Notes: generated from the letters alone by a model not told the origin. Numbered from the stretch's first letter, positions 9,121-19,599 are shown. The stretch is 64,000 nt of DNA from an uncultured archaeon (GCA_902385655.1 CABMGO010000005.1:248693-312692); one strand, 5' to 3'. Made by a program: numbers and translations.

Positions 9121-9150
9121 GACGCCCAGCAGGGTGATCCCTTGGGGAAC
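9121..9150 (+). repeat. Double-hairpin element, copy 3 (intergenic)
   Basis: gacgcccagcagggtgatcccttggggaac. Confidence 0.75.
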
Positions 9151-9205
9151 GACTAAGACTGAAATGAATTTAATTGAAGTCATTTTATTTTTCAAAGCGA
9201 ATCGC

Positions 9206-9730
9206 TCACCCTCCACAGCCACAACCTCCGCCAGAAGCACCACAGGTATGTCCTCCGGCAGGTGCAGATTGCACATAATTAGATTTAGTTCCATCAGAAT
9301 TTACAACTTCAAAAGTTCCTTTGTACATATTCATAGAACAAGCAATGTAAAATGTTCCCGCTTTATTCGGAGTAAATTCCACATAATCGCTAAAACTTGA
9401 GAAAGTCTTTCTAACACCAAAGTCAGAGATACTTATCGACTTGGAACAACCAGGCATATTAGCCATATCAGCAACGAATCTTACGGGCACACCGACCTTA
9501 AGAACAGCCGGCTCCATTATATACTGAGATCCCTCAACATGTATTTTTACAACTTGCACATTTCCTTGAGGAGTATTTGAACTAGGGGTATAAACAACAT
9601 TACCACTAGCACCTACATTATTATATAATAAGAACAATGAAGCAAGTAATATTACTGCAACTATCCCAGCTACAGCAAAAATATTGCTTAGTCCTTTTTT
9701 GTTCATAATTGAACTTAATTTGTTTGTCAT
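9206..9730 (-). CDS. Cupredoxin-like secreted protein with Cys/Gly-rich C-terminal tail
   Basis: KVGVPVRFVADMANMPGCSKSISISDFGVRK...DYVEFTPNKAGTFYIACSMNMYKGTFEV; tail GGHTCGASGGGCGCGG. Confidence 0.7.
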   Translation of the reverse strand: MTNKLSSIMNKKGLSNIFAVAGIVAVILLASLFLLYNNVGASGNVVYTPSSNTPQGNVQVVKIHVEGSQYIMEPAVLKVGVPVRFVADMANMPGCSKSISISDFGVRKTFSSFSDYVEFTPNKAGTFYIACSMNMYKGTFEVVNSDGTKSNYVQSAPAGGHTCGASGGGCGCGG

Positions 9731-9942
9731 GAAGTTTTCAGAAATTTAAACTATATAACTTCTTTTGTGAAACTAGTTTCAGGCTGAATAAAACAATGAA
9801 ATTGTTGCTTTCACGAGGGAAATGAGTGAATGTTCGAACTTTCGTTGAAAACGAATGGAATGGCTTGCCCAGTTCTTGCCCAATGCTTTCAAAGAATAAA
9901 AAATTAAAAATCCATAGACAAGAAATTATCTAAACCGAAAAG

Positions 9943-10422
9943 TTATTTCAAGGCAACAATATTATTCATCCCTCTTCTCTTTCTTTCAACCAAACCTCTT
10001 CCCTCTAATCGATCAATTATTCTTGTTACTTTCGCTTTTCCAAATCCAAGCTTATCAATCAAATCTGCCTGAAACATTGCATTTTCTTTTTTAACTAATT
10101 CGAATACTTGCTTTTCTTCTTTATTCAACCCAGTTAAATCATACACTTTCTGCTTTTGTTTCTCCTTAATCTTTTTGATCACAACTTCTTTATTTTCCTT
10201 AGAGAAAATAAGAAACAAAGCAACCAGAACTAACAAAATGATTAACGCAATAGAAAAATAAATCTGGCTACTCAGAGCAGCTGAAGACGGGCAAAAGGTA
10301 TTTTCTTGTACAAGAGGACAAGTAGAGTCTAACTCATGAGCAGTATTGCTAAATATAACTAAGATTATTCCAACTACAACTGCAATCCCTAAAAGAAGAT
10401 AACCAACATTTCTGTTTCGCAT
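9943..10422 (-). CDS. Membrane-anchored winged-helix transcriptional regulator (MarR-like)
   Basis: Two TM segments then LNKEEKQVFELVKKENAMFQADLIDKLGFGKAKVTRIIDRLEGRGLVERKRRG. Confidence 0.65.
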   Translation of the reverse strand: MRNRNVGYLLLGIAVVVGIILVIFSNTAHELDSTCPLVQENTFCPSSAALSSQIYFSIALIILLVLVALFLIFSKENKEVVIKKIKEKQKQKVYDLTGLNKEEKQVFELVKKENAMFQADLIDKLGFGKAKVTRIIDRLEGRGLVERKRRGMNNIVALK

Positions 10423-10501
10423 ATTTTTATCAAGTAAAAGAGATTTAAAAACGCTATGAATTATATTTTCTTTCCTCTCACGAGTGAAATGAGTGAATGA
10501 A

Positions 10502-12721
10502 TCAAATTTTTGATGCTTTCATTAGCAAAGTATTTGTAACAACACTAACCGAAGATAAAGCCATCGCGCCTCCGGCAATAATGGGATTCAAAAGTCCCAT
10601 TGCTGCAATAGGTATTCCCACAACATTATAAATCAAAGCCCAAAACATATTTTGCCTTATCTTGTTCATAGTTATTTTACTTAACCTTATTGCACGAGGA
10701 ACATCTAACAAATCATTTCTCATTAAAACAATATTTCCAGTTTCCATCGCAACATCAGTTCCAGAACCCATAGCAATCCCGATATCTGCTTGAGCCAGAG
10801 CTGGAGAATCATTTATTCCATCCCCGACCATTGCAACTTTGCCCTTCGATTGTAATTGTTTAACATGCCGAGCCTTATCTTGGGGAAGAACCTCTGCAAA
10901 AATGTTATCTATCCCTGCCTGAGAAGCAATCGCTTTAGCAGTTCTCTCATTGTCCCCAGTAATCATGTAAACTTGTAACCCGAGTTTCCTTAAATTCTTA
11001 ACCGCTTCAGGAGAGGATTCCTTAATTGGATCAGCAACAGCAATTACTCCTAAAACTTTTTTAGAACTCTCTGCCAAAAACATAACGGTTTTTCCCTGAC
11101 TCTCTAATCTCGAAACCTCAGATACATAATTCACAAAGTTTAGTTTATAATCTTTCATGAGCTTTGCATTTCCGAGATAATAAGTTTTACCAGAAATTTT
11201 CGAAGTCACACCATGACCAGGTATAGCTTTGAATCCCGAAATTTTCGCCAAAATAATTTTTTGATCCTGAGATTTTTTTACAATTGCCTCAGCTAAGGGA
11301 TGTTCTGAACTCTTTTCAATCGACGCAGCAATTCTCAAAATTTCTTTTTCAGAATATTTCGAAAAACTTTTTATTTCAGTAACCTCCGGAGCGCCTTTAG
11401 TAATAGTTCCAGTCTTATCAAAAATTATATACTTTAATTTATGAGCAGTCTCTAAGGCATCTCCGCCTTTAATTAATATCCCTTTTTGAGCTCCCTTTCC
11501 AGTTCCAACCATAATTGCCGTTGGAGTAGCTAAACCTAAAGCACAAGGACAAGCAATAACCAAAACAGCCACAGCTGAAATTATCGCACTAGCTAATCCA
11601 GAAGAAAAATAAAAATACTTAATCAAAAAAGTTCCAATTGCAATTAGTATAACTGTTGGAACAAAATAAGCAGAAATTCTGTCAGCAAACCTTTGTATTG
11701 GAGCTTTCTTTCCTTGGGCATCCTCAATTAATTTAATAATTCCAGCAAGAGTAGTATTTACTCCAACTTTCGTAGCTTTAAACTTAAAAGAGCCATGTTT
11801 GTTTATTGTTCCTCCATAAACCAAATCATTTTTATTTTTTTCAACCGGCAAACTCTCTCCAGTGATCATACTTTCATCAACTGAAGAGTTTCCCTCAACT
11901 AAAATACCATCGACCGCAATTTTCTCTCCAGGTTTAACGATTAGTATATCTCCAACAATAACACTGTCTACTGGAATTTTTATCTCCTGTTTGTTCCTGA
12001 TAACCGTCGCAGTTTTAGGAGATAATCCAACTAATTTTTTTATAGCCTCGCTAGTTTTACCCTTTGCAACTGCCTCGAGATATCTTCCCAATAATACAAA
12101 AGTAATAAGGATAGCTGCCGCTTCAAAATACTGATCTCCACCAGAACCAAAGAAAACAACATAAACGCTATAAAAATAAGCCGCACTAGTTCCAATAGCT
12201 ATTAAAGTATCCATATTAGATGAAAAATTCTTCAAACTGGCAAAAGCACTTTTGTATATTCCCCGTCCAACAAAAAATTGAACCGGCGTAGCTAATGCAA
12301 ACAAGATATAATCTTTATACGGAACATCTATTCCAATCCACATTAACAACATACCGAGAATAAAAGCAGGAATTGCAAAAAACGAACTAATTATTAATAA
12401 TCGTCTTTGCTTTTTCAAACCTTCATCAACTTTCATCTTGTTATAATCTTCATCGGAATAATCATCATGATGATCCCCATGGGAATGTACAGAATGAGGC
12501 ATCACAGGACTATGAACTTCTGCTCGGTAACCTAATCCCTTAATAGTATTTATTATTTCATTCTGATTAATTTTATTTTCATCATATTCTACTGTCGCTT
12601 TTTCAGTCATAAGATTTACATTAGAATATTTTACTCCAGAAACTTTCTCAAGTTTTTTACTTATTAGGCTAGCACAAGAAGCACAGTGCATTCCAGAAAC
12701 TTGTAAATCTAACTTTTTCAA
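10502..12721 (-). CDS. copA: Copper-translocating P1B-type ATPase
   Basis: GMHCASC HMA motif, [27 protein letters not shown]. Confidence 0.95.
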   Translation of the reverse strand: MKKLDLQVSGMHCASCASLISKKLEKVSGVKYSNVNLMTEKATVEYDENKINQNEIINTIKGLGYRAEVHSPVMPHSVHSHGDHHDDYSDEDYNKMKVDEGLKKQRRLLIISSFFAIPAFILGMLLMWIGIDVPYKDYILFALATPVQFFVGRGIYKSAFASLKNFSSNMDTLIAIGTSAAYFYSVYVVFFGSGGDQYFEAAAILITFVLLGRYLEAVAKGKTSEAIKKLVGLSPKTATVIRNKQEIKIPVDSVIVGDILIVKPGEKIAVDGILVEGNSSVDESMITGESLPVEKNKNDLVYGGTINKHGSFKFKATKVGVNTTLAGIIKLIEDAQGKKAPIQRFADRISAYFVPTVILIAIGTFLIKYFYFSSGLASAIISAVAVLVIACPCALGLATPTAIMVGTGKGAQKGILIKGGDALETAHKLKYIIFDKTGTITKGAPEVTEIKSFSKYSEKEILRIAASIEKSSEHPLAEAIVKKSQDQKIILAKISGFKAIPGHGVTSKISGKTYYLGNAKLMKDYKLNFVNYVSEVSRLESQGKTVMFLAESSKKVLGVIAVADPIKESSPEAVKNLRKLGLQVYMITGDNERTAKAIASQAGIDNIFAEVLPQDKARHVKQLQSKGKVAMVGDGINDSPALAQADIGIAMGSGTDVAMETGNIVLMRNDLLDVPRAIRLSKITMNKIRQNMFWALIYNVVGIPIAAMGLLNPIIAGGAMALSSVSVVTNTLLMKASKI

Positions 12722-12918
12722 AGTATTTTGTACCCTCCCTTTTCAATTATTTCTTTAATTTTTTTCTCACTAACTTTCTTTTCGTCAAATTCAATTTCCG
12801 CAATACCCCGAACATGACTAACCTTCGCACTCTTAACCAAATCGGCAAGATTCATTTCAATTATCTGGGAACAACTGGCGCAATGCATTCCAGAAATATT
12901 CAAAACAATCTTTTTCAC
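12718..12918 (-). CDS. Heavy-metal-associated (HMA) domain protein, CopZ-like
   Basis: 66 aa with [14 protein letters not shown]. Confidence 0.8.
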   Translation of the reverse strand: MKKIVLNISGMHCASCSQIIEMNLADLVKSAKVSHVRGIAEIEFDEKKVSEKKIKEIIEKGGYKIL

Positions 12919-13280
12919 TTTTCTTCTCCTTTTATTTTTCTTAAAATATGAACGCAGTTCCCAGCCATATGCTCATCAATCAGATTCATCATAGGAAGAA
13001 TAGTTTTTTCATTTAATTTATAATATCTAAACTTGCCAACCACTTCAGAAGAAACAAAACCACAGCCCCTTAACCTTGCAAGATCATGAGAAACATGAGT
13101 TTGGTCCATACCAACTTCTTTAGCAATTTGAGTCACATTCTTCTTCCCTGCCCTTAAAAAATTAATTATTTTAATTCTAGAGTCAGAAACCAAAGTACCA
13201 AAGAAAATCTTGTAAGCTCCATAAGCTTCACTTTCCTTGAATCCTTCTGCACAACAGCTTTGAATGACTTTCTTGTTCAT
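12915..13280 (-). CDS. ArsR-family transcriptional regulator
   Basis: KNVTQIAKEVGMDQTHVSHDLARLRGCGFVSSEVVGKFRYYKLN. Confidence 0.75.
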   Translation of the reverse strand: MNKKVIQSCCAEGFKESEAYGAYKIFFGTLVSDSRIKIINFLRAGKKNVTQIAKEVGMDQTHVSHDLARLRGCGFVSSEVVGKFRYYKLNEKTILPMMNLIDEHMAGNCVHILRKIKGEEK

Positions 13281-13342
13281 GTGAACATCAAATACATATA
13301 TTATTTAAATATTCCTTCTTTTCATATGAAAATCAAGAATGC

Positions 13343-14152
13343 TCACTTAAATTGAGACTCATAAAAATTCTGACGCATTAACTCCCTATTAACTGACTCT
13401 TTCTTAAAATCCTTACCAAATAGTTTAGAGAGAAAACCTCTTTGCTCCCTTATACCTGCAAGGGAACCAGCAAATCTTTTTATTTCCTTAGAAATCTCAT
13501 TCATGCTATCATAAACACTAATAGGCACCTTCTGATGATAAGACTCAATTAATTTCTTGTTATCCTTAATTCTAGCCAAAACAGGTAATTCAAACGACTT
13601 CTCAATTTCCTCCAAATCCAACTCATAACGAGGATGTCGAACTTTATTTATTATGACGCCTTCAATAGGAACATTATTTTTTTTTGCAAGACTTGCAGCT
13701 TTCATTGAAGTATTCAAAGTTACATCATCGGGAGTAGTTACCACAAAAATTTTATCTGCAGCAGCAATAGCCGGAAGCATTTCAGAATGATGGGGAGATG
13801 AATCAATGATAATAAAGTCATAACGATGCTTATGCTTCTCAAGAATTTTTTTTAGCTTATAAGGATCCACAGTACTTTGAAAATTAAGTGAAGCAGGAAC
13901 TACATCCATACCATAAATTTCATAAATAGCAGCATGAAGTCCATTGTCTCCATTCAGAGCATTGTGTAAGGTAGAGTCATGTTTTAGATCAAGATAAAGA
14001 TGAATATTTGGAGCAGAAAAATTTCCATCAACAAGCAAAACCTTTTTCCCAAAATCATTAGCCAAAACAGAAGCGGTTTCTAAAGCAATAGTAGTCTTAC
14101 CTACGCCTCCCTTCAAAGATATAAAACTTAAAGTAACACCCATTTTTATCAC
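13343..14152 (-). CDS. MinD/ParA-family ATPase
   Basis: SLKGGVGKTTIALETASVLANDFGKKVLLVDGN Walker-type motif. Confidence 0.85.
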   Translation of the reverse strand: MIKMGVTLSFISLKGGVGKTTIALETASVLANDFGKKVLLVDGNFSAPNIHLYLDLKHDSTLHNALNGDNGLHAAIYEIYGMDVVPASLNFQSTVDPYKLKKILEKHKHRYDFIIIDSSPHHSEMLPAIAAADKIFVVTTPDDVTLNTSMKAASLAKKNNVPIEGVIINKVRHPRYELDLEEIEKSFELPVLARIKDNKKLIESYHQKVPISVYDSMNEISKEIKRFAGSLAGIREQRGFLSKLFGKDFKKESVNRELMRQNFYESQFK

Positions 14153-14195
14153 CCTAAAATAATAAAGATAAAGGATTATTTAAACGTTATGAGAA

Positions 14196-15653
14196 TTATT
14201 TCAAATCACTAAACTTCTTATCTCCAGAAATAAGTTCTCTCATTAAATTTCGTAATTCTGAAATCTTAACTCGAACCTGTTTTGTAGTATCTCTGTCTCG
14301 GATAGTTATGTCATTTCCTTTTGCCGATTCTTCATCAATAGTAATACAAAAAGGAGTTCCAACTTCATCATTTCTAGCATATCTTTTTCCGACGCTACCA
14401 GAGGTATCATAAGAAACATAAAACTCTTTTCTAAGTTCTTTGTAAATACCTTCAGCAATTTTAACTTGAGTCTCGTCATTCTTTACTAAGGGAAAAATAG
14501 CAGCTTTCAAAGGAGCAATTTTTGGATTCAACTTCAAAACAACATTTTGTCTTTTTTCATCAAAATGATAAGCCTTAGTTAATACAGCTAAAAATGCTCT
14601 TTCCATTCCAAAAGTAGGTTCAATAACTTTAGCAACAACTTTGTTTTTATATTTCTCATCAAAAACATCCATCTTCTGACTACTTGCATCTGCATGCTGA
14701 GTCAAATCATATTGTCCTCTATTCGCAATTCCGCCAAGTTCCTTACTTCCAAATGGAAATTCATAATCAATGTCAAACGTTGCAGAAGAATAGTGAGAAA
14801 GTTCGTCCTTTTTGTGTTCCCGAATTTTTATTTCTTCTAATCCCAAACTTTGATACCACATAACTTGCTCAGCCAACCAATAAGCATGCCATTCCTCTAA
14901 CCTTCCTTCTTTTAACATCTTGCCAATCGTTGTTTCTTTCAAATCACTCTTATCCTTCGACTGAGTTTCAGCATCAAGCAATCTAATCTTCAAATCCAAA
15001 TGTTTCTTTTCCAAAAGATCACATTTCTTTTCTTCGGGATTTATAAAAAATTCGAACTCGGCAATGTTAAATTCTCTACTTCTAAATAAAAAGTCTCTAG
15101 GAGCAATTTCATTTCTAAAACATCTCCCAATTTGAGCAATCCCAAAAGGTAACTGTTTTCTCGCGGTTTGCTGTACCAACTTATAATCTAAAAACATTCC
15201 CTGTGCAGTTTCTCCTCGCAAATATGCATCCGTAGAGTCCAATGCGCCAACTCTTGTTTTAAACATTAAACTAAACTCTCCTTTTACATCAAACTCTCCG
15301 CCACAATCGCATTTGACCTTTCCAACCTCACTCTTGTCTATCTTTGTAGCTTTCTTACATTTCTTGCAAACCACTGCAACATCTGAAAAATTCGCAACAT
15401 GTCCCGAAGCAATCCAAGTTTTCGGATGAGAAATAATCGAAGCCTCAATACCAGTCATATTTTCTTTCTGATGAATAAAATTATTCCACCAATCTTGTTT
15501 GATATTACTGAATAATTCTACACCCAAAGGACCAAAATCCCAAAAACCAGAAAATCCTCCATAAATATCACTAGATCTATAGACAAAACCGACACTTTTG
15601 CAAAAATTTGCAAGTTCTTCAATACTAATCTTTTTTTCAACTTCTTTAACCAT
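14196..15653 (-). CDS. glyS: Glycyl-tRNA synthetase
   Basis: Class II motifs (FLFRSREFNIAEFEFF, QIGRCFRNEIAPR, TFGMERAFLAVL). Confidence 0.9.
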   Translation of the reverse strand: MVKEVEKKISIEELANFCKSVGFVYRSSDIYGGFSGFWDFGPLGVELFSNIKQDWWNNFIHQKENMTGIEASIISHPKTWIASGHVANFSDVAVVCKKCKKATKIDKSEVGKVKCDCGGEFDVKGEFSLMFKTRVGALDSTDAYLRGETAQGMFLDYKLVQQTARKQLPFGIAQIGRCFRNEIAPRDFLFRSREFNIAEFEFFINPEEKKCDLLEKKHLDLKIRLLDAETQSKDKSDLKETTIGKMLKEGRLEEWHAYWLAEQVMWYQSLGLEEIKIREHKKDELSHYSSATFDIDYEFPFGSKELGGIANRGQYDLTQHADASSQKMDVFDEKYKNKVVAKVIEPTFGMERAFLAVLTKAYHFDEKRQNVVLKLNPKIAPLKAAIFPLVKNDETQVKIAEGIYKELRKEFYVSYDTSGSVGKRYARNDEVGTPFCITIDEESAKGNDITIRDRDTTKQVRVKISELRNLMRELISGDKKFSDLK

Positions 15654-15745
15654 ACAAAGCCTACAAATTTACTCTATTTAAAGATTTATTTTCAGGAACT
15701 ACACAAAATCATAAAATATAAAAACCAAAATAACGAAGAAAACAA

Positions 15746-16321
15746 ATGAAAAAGAAGTTAGTAAGTATTCTTGCATCAGCACTAATTTCTACACAAATTA
15801 CCCTTGGAGAAGAACAAAGCTTTATCAAGTCTAAAGGAACAAATTATGAAACAATAAACACAATAGTGTATATTCCGGGAATTTCACCAGTAACGGGCTG
15901 GAAAGTCACCTACGAAAGAATGTCCGAATTTGGATTCACCAACATAGAAAATAGAACAAAAGTTAATTTCGATTTAGACAGACGATTCCTAGGTCATGGC
16001 GGGGACCTAACAATCCCTCTGAAAGGATCAGTAGTTTATGTAATGACCTCGGGAGAAACACCTAAAGCAGTAATAGAACAAAGATATTTAAAAAACTTTG
16101 AAAAAACAGAAGATCCTAAAGAAAAAGAATTTATAGAAAAAAGACTTACAGAAAAAAAGCACACACTAGAAGGGTTAAATGAATTATTCTCCATGCCTCT
16201 TGAAAAGCTGTGTTCTGGCAATACGCGAGGAGAATTTGAACTTGTCGTCCCAAGACCAAGCGTAATAGAAATACGTCTTGGTGATGAAAAAGGTATAAGG
16301 TATCTAATCCACCAAAAGTAA
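15746..16321 (+). CDS. Secreted hypothetical protein
   Basis: 191-aa ORF, signal peptide-like MKKKLVSILASALISTQITLG. Confidence 0.5.
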   Translation: MKKKLVSILASALISTQITLGEEQSFIKSKGTNYETINTIVYIPGISPVTGWKVTYERMSEFGFTNIENRTKVNFDLDRRFLGHGGDLTIPLKGSVVYVMTSGETPKAVIEQRYLKNFEKTEDPKEKEFIEKRLTEKKHTLEGLNELFSMPLEKLCSGNTRGEFELVVPRPSVIEIRLGDEKGIRYLIHQK

Positions 16322-16360
16322 GTTTAAACTTTGTCAAAAAAGATTAGAGGGTAAAGAACA

Positions 16361-16434
16361 GGCGGCGAGCAAAACGCTTAGAGCAAAACAAAATTCTCCC
16401 CAATAATATTTTTGCGAGATGCATTTTGCGAATA
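16361..16434 (+). repeat. Family-1 hairpin repeat, copy E
   Basis: ggcgagcaaaacgcttagag...gcgagatgcattttgcgaata; GCAAAACGC / GCATTTTGC with the conserved C.A mismatch. Confidence 0.65.
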
Positions 16435-16463
16435 AGGAATTGCACAATTCCTGCAGAAGAAGC

Positions 16464-16545
16464 AGGCGGAAAAAATTTCGCTTTGAGCAAAATTTCAATA
16501 TTTTTGTAACCCTCTATTTTTTGTGAGATGCAAAATTTTTTGAGG
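16464..16545 (+). repeat. Family-1 hairpin repeat, copy F
   Basis: caggcggaaaaaatttcgctttgag...gtgagatgcaaaattttttgaggg. Confidence 0.65.
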
Positions 16546-16700
16546 GAATTGCACAGCAATTCATGCCGAAATAAAAAGCAGGCGGCAGGAATTGCACCTG
16601 CGCGTGAGAGGGTTGCAGCCTCTTGCCTTACTGCTTGGCTACGCCTGCATGAAATTAAACTGCTAGCAGAAATAATAAACCCTACTTCTGCAACAGTAAG

Positions 16701-16775
16701 CGCCCACGACAGGATTTGAACCTGCGACCCCTAACTTAGAAGGCTAGTGCTCTATCCAGGCTGAGCTACGCGGGC
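16701..16775 (-). tRNA. tRNA-Arg (TCT)
   Basis: GCCCGCG TAGCTCAGCCTGGATAGAGCA CTAGC CTTCTAA GTTAG ... GGTTCAAATCC ... CGTGGGC. Confidence 0.85.
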
Positions 16776-16850
16776 AAAAAAATTTCGCTTTTGCTTCAAT
16801 CATGCGAAGCAACCATAGTTTTTCAACCTTTACAAAAGCGAAATTTTTTT
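16776..16850. repeat. Long perfect inverted repeat
   Basis: aaaaaaatttcgcttttg (16776-16793) and caaaagcgaaattttttt (16833-16850), 18-bp arms. Confidence 0.7.
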
Positions 16851-16931
16851 CGATAAAATAACAACGCAAAAAACGCTATTTAAAACTTGCTACTCCAACA
16901 ATTTATAAACTATATAGTCAAGTATACAATT

Positions 16932-17840
16932 ATGGCAGAACAAATCAAAATAAATTTTCTAGGAACAGGAAGTGCAGTTCCGACAGCGAGAAGAAACCAT
17001 CCAGCCGTGCTTCTAACATACAAAGATGAAAATATATTATTTGACTGCGGAGAAGGAACCCAAAAACAATTCAGACTTGCACAATTAAACCCTTGCAAGC
17101 TAACTCGAATTTTTATAACTCATTGGCACGGAGACCACATCTTTGGACTTCCAGGAATACTGCAAACTTTAATGATGAACAATTACTCAGGCACATTAAA
17201 AATATACGGACCAAAAGGAACAAATCATTTCATGGATATTTACAAAAGAATGTATTTATCAAAAGCAGATGCAATCAAGATAGAAACTAAAGAACTTTCA
17301 GGAAAGGAGACTATTGAAGAAAAGGAGTTCAAGATAGAATGCGCAGAAATGACCCACGATGCTCCTTGTTTAGCTTATTCGTTTACTATAAAAGAAAAGA
17401 ATAGATTAGACAAGAAAAAACTTTCAAAATTAAAACTTCCGGGAAATTCTCCCCTGATTGGAGAATTAGTAAAAGGAAAGACAATAGAATTTGAAGGTAA
17501 GAAAATCGATGGAAAAAAATTAGTTTATTCAGAACCGCAGAGAAAAATAGTTTATGCTACTGACACAAAACTAAATGATAACCTAATAAAAATTGCAGAA
17601 AAATCAAATATCTTAATCTCTGAAGCAACATATTCTGGAGAAGAGGAAGAACTTGCAAACGAATACCTGCACATGACTTGTGTGCAAGCAGCAAATATTG
17701 CAAAAAAAGCAAAATGTGAACAACTATACTTGATTCACCTTTCACAAAGATACGACAATCCAAAATATATTCTTGAAGAAGCAAAAAAAGTTTTCAAGAA
17801 TACAAAAGTTCCTGAAGATTTAGACAGCCTAAAATTATAA
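16932..17840 (+). CDS. rnz: Ribonuclease Z
   Basis: FLGTGSAVPTARRNHPAVLL, ITHWHGDHIFGLPG; start moved to MAEQIKINF. Confidence 0.9.
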   Translation: MAEQIKINFLGTGSAVPTARRNHPAVLLTYKDENILFDCGEGTQKQFRLAQLNPCKLTRIFITHWHGDHIFGLPGILQTLMMNNYSGTLKIYGPKGTNHFMDIYKRMYLSKADAIKIETKELSGKETIEEKEFKIECAEMTHDAPCLAYSFTIKEKNRLDKKKLSKLKLPGNSPLIGELVKGKTIEFEGKKIDGKKLVYSEPQRKIVYATDTKLNDNLIKIAEKSNILISEATYSGEEEELANEYLHMTCVQAANIAKKAKCEQLYLIHLSQRYDNPKYILEEAKKVFKNTKVPEDLDSLKL

Positions 17841-17879
17841 TCAAGAAACATTTATTAAATTGAAAGAGTAATAAAAAAT

Positions 17880-18602
17880 ATGAAAAAAAAGAGGGAGTTC
17901 AGGCCTGCAACTCTAGACGAAAGAAAAAAATTTTATGAAACTGAATTCTCTATAAAAAAAGTAAAGAAGTGGTTTAAAAAGAATAATCTTCCGACCCCCC
18001 AACTGTGTGCGATTGACACGGGAACAGAAACAGGAATAACCCTAAAAAAAGAATGGAAAAATACTCTTTTCTATTTTCCATTTAATAAACTTGAAGAAAA
18101 AATAAAAAAGTACTGCCCAGAGGATGTTTACTATGACAGAAACATCTACACTAATCCAAATGAGGTATTGAATACATTAAAATTTGAGACTTATATTGGC
18201 CAACAGCTCGTATTCGACATAGACTTGGATAACCTAAGGGGAAAGAAAAACCAAAAAATTAATTCAGAAAACATAAAACGAGCTTATGGAATAACAAAAA
18301 AGATGGTAACTGTTTTAAAGAATAACGGCTTCAAAAAAATGCAAATCGTTTATTCTGGCAGAGGATTTCATATCCACGTTTTTGATAAAAAAGCATTTAC
18401 TTTAAGAGATTATGAAAGAAAAAAGCTAAATAAAACATTAAAAGAGTTTCCAATAGATCCCTGGGTTTCAGCAGGACATATCCGACTTATTAGAATGCCG
18501 TATTCATTGCATGGAATGATTTCTAGAAAAGTAATTCCAATAATGAATAGCTTCAATGAAACAGAAACAATACCTGAATTTCTAGGAAAAAATCGCCATT
18601 AG
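17880..18602 (+). CDS. priS: DNA primase small subunit (PriS)
   Basis: ELVFDIDLD-like LVFDIDLDNLR, KKMQIVYSGRGFHIHVFDKKAFTL, HIRLIRMPYSLHG. Confidence 0.75.
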   Translation: MKKKREFRPATLDERKKFYETEFSIKKVKKWFKKNNLPTPQLCAIDTGTETGITLKKEWKNTLFYFPFNKLEEKIKKYCPEDVYYDRNIYTNPNEVLNTLKFETYIGQQLVFDIDLDNLRGKKNQKINSENIKRAYGITKKMVTVLKNNGFKKMQIVYSGRGFHIHVFDKKAFTLRDYERKKLNKTLKEFPIDPWVSAGHIRLIRMPYSLHGMISRKVIPIMNSFNETETIPEFLGKNRH

Positions 18603-18668
18603 TAGTTAGCTCCAAATCTTCTCAAAAATCTCACTTCCCTAGTATGAAATTTTTTTCTGATATGTGAA

Positions 18669-18854
18669 TTAACCTCTCTTCACTTTTTTCTTGTAGTAAT
18701 ATTTTTTCTTTTTAGAAGATTTTTTTGTAGCCATCTTGAGAAACTTCATAATTTTTTTAACCTTAGACTCCTTAGTTTTCCCACTCGGACCTCTCCCACA
18801 AAAAACACAGTCGGATTTTTTTAAAAGTTTTTTCTTTACAATTTTTTTTACCAT
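18669..18854 (-). CDS. Small highly basic protein, unknown
   Basis: 61 aa, CVFCGRGPSGKT + Lys-rich C-terminus. Confidence 0.45.
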   Translation of the reverse strand: MVKKIVKKKLLKKSDCVFCGRGPSGKTKESKVKKIMKFLKMATKKSSKKKKYYYKKKVKRG

Positions 18855-18869
18855 GAATCAAAGTGCTGA

Positions 18870-19081
18870 TAGCGGGCTCGGTGAAAGAGTTCCATAAACA
18901 CTCGCCGAATCAATCTTTACCTATCGACATGTTTTAATGGTTATCTTTTTCGTGCCATGAGGAAGCTTAACAAGTGCAGATCTTTTACAGAGAGTTATAG
19001 CCCGTTCTCTGCGTTTCTAGTGAGCACTTGACAGAGGCTTTATGGCCACATCCTTTCCAGGACAACCGTTTCTATCAGCAA
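18870..19081 (-). ncRNA. Candidate structured RNA or long structured 5' leader
   Basis: Terminal complementarity GCTGATAG (start) / CTATCAGC (end) spanning ~210 nt without ORF; TATA-like ATAAATATATAAG (19099-19111, minus strand) upstream. Confidence 0.45.
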
Positions 19082-19122
19082 AATAAAATATTGATTTTTC
19101 CTTATATATTTATCCGACCACT

Positions 19123-19491
19123 TTAGAATGACACATCTGAATGATCATTCAGATGTTCCTTATAGCTTTCAAACTTATTTAATAAAAACTCTACACTTTC
19201 TGCATTATTATCTTGACTTAAAGAATAATAAAGCTCTTTGCCTTCTCTTCTAAAATCAACAACACCAATATCTTTCAAAACTTTTAGTTGATGAGAAACT
19301 GCAGAAGGGCTAATGTCTACAAATGAAGCAATTTCATTAACATTTAATTCCTTTATCGTATTCAAAAGTATAAGAATCCTAATTCTAGATTCATCGCTGA
19401 GAATTTTAAGTTCGCCAGCAATATCATTGATTAACTTATCGGAGTTAATCTTTTCTTTTAATGAATGTTTCCTCTCCTTTTCCATGAGCAT
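19123..19491 (-). CDS. ArsR-family transcriptional regulator
   Basis: LNVNEIASFVDISPSAVSHQLKVLKDIGVVDFRREGKELYYSL. Confidence 0.75.
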   Translation of the reverse strand: MLMEKERKHSLKEKINSDKLINDIAGELKILSDESRIRILILLNTIKELNVNEIASFVDISPSAVSHQLKVLKDIGVVDFRREGKELYYSLSQDNNAESVEFLLNKFESYKEHLNDHSDVSF

Positions 19492-19599
19492 TAGAAGATA
19501 TTGAGGGATTATAAATCTTCTTTCAGAGTTCCAACTAATTTAATTAAAAGCACAAAAGAAAAATTGTGCTGTAGCGAAAACAAATCAGCTAACGCTAAA

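Noticed and set aside
9119-9400. 93-aa plus-strand ORF
   Set aside because: Antisense to the well-supported cupredoxin ORF and begins inside the double-hairpin element.
18870-19081. SRP RNA or RNase P RNA assignment
   Set aside because: A GGAAAGGATGTGGCC-like stretch superficially resembles SRP helix 8 or RNase P CR-I, but invariant nucleotides (AGCAG loop, full CR-I/CR-V) are missing.
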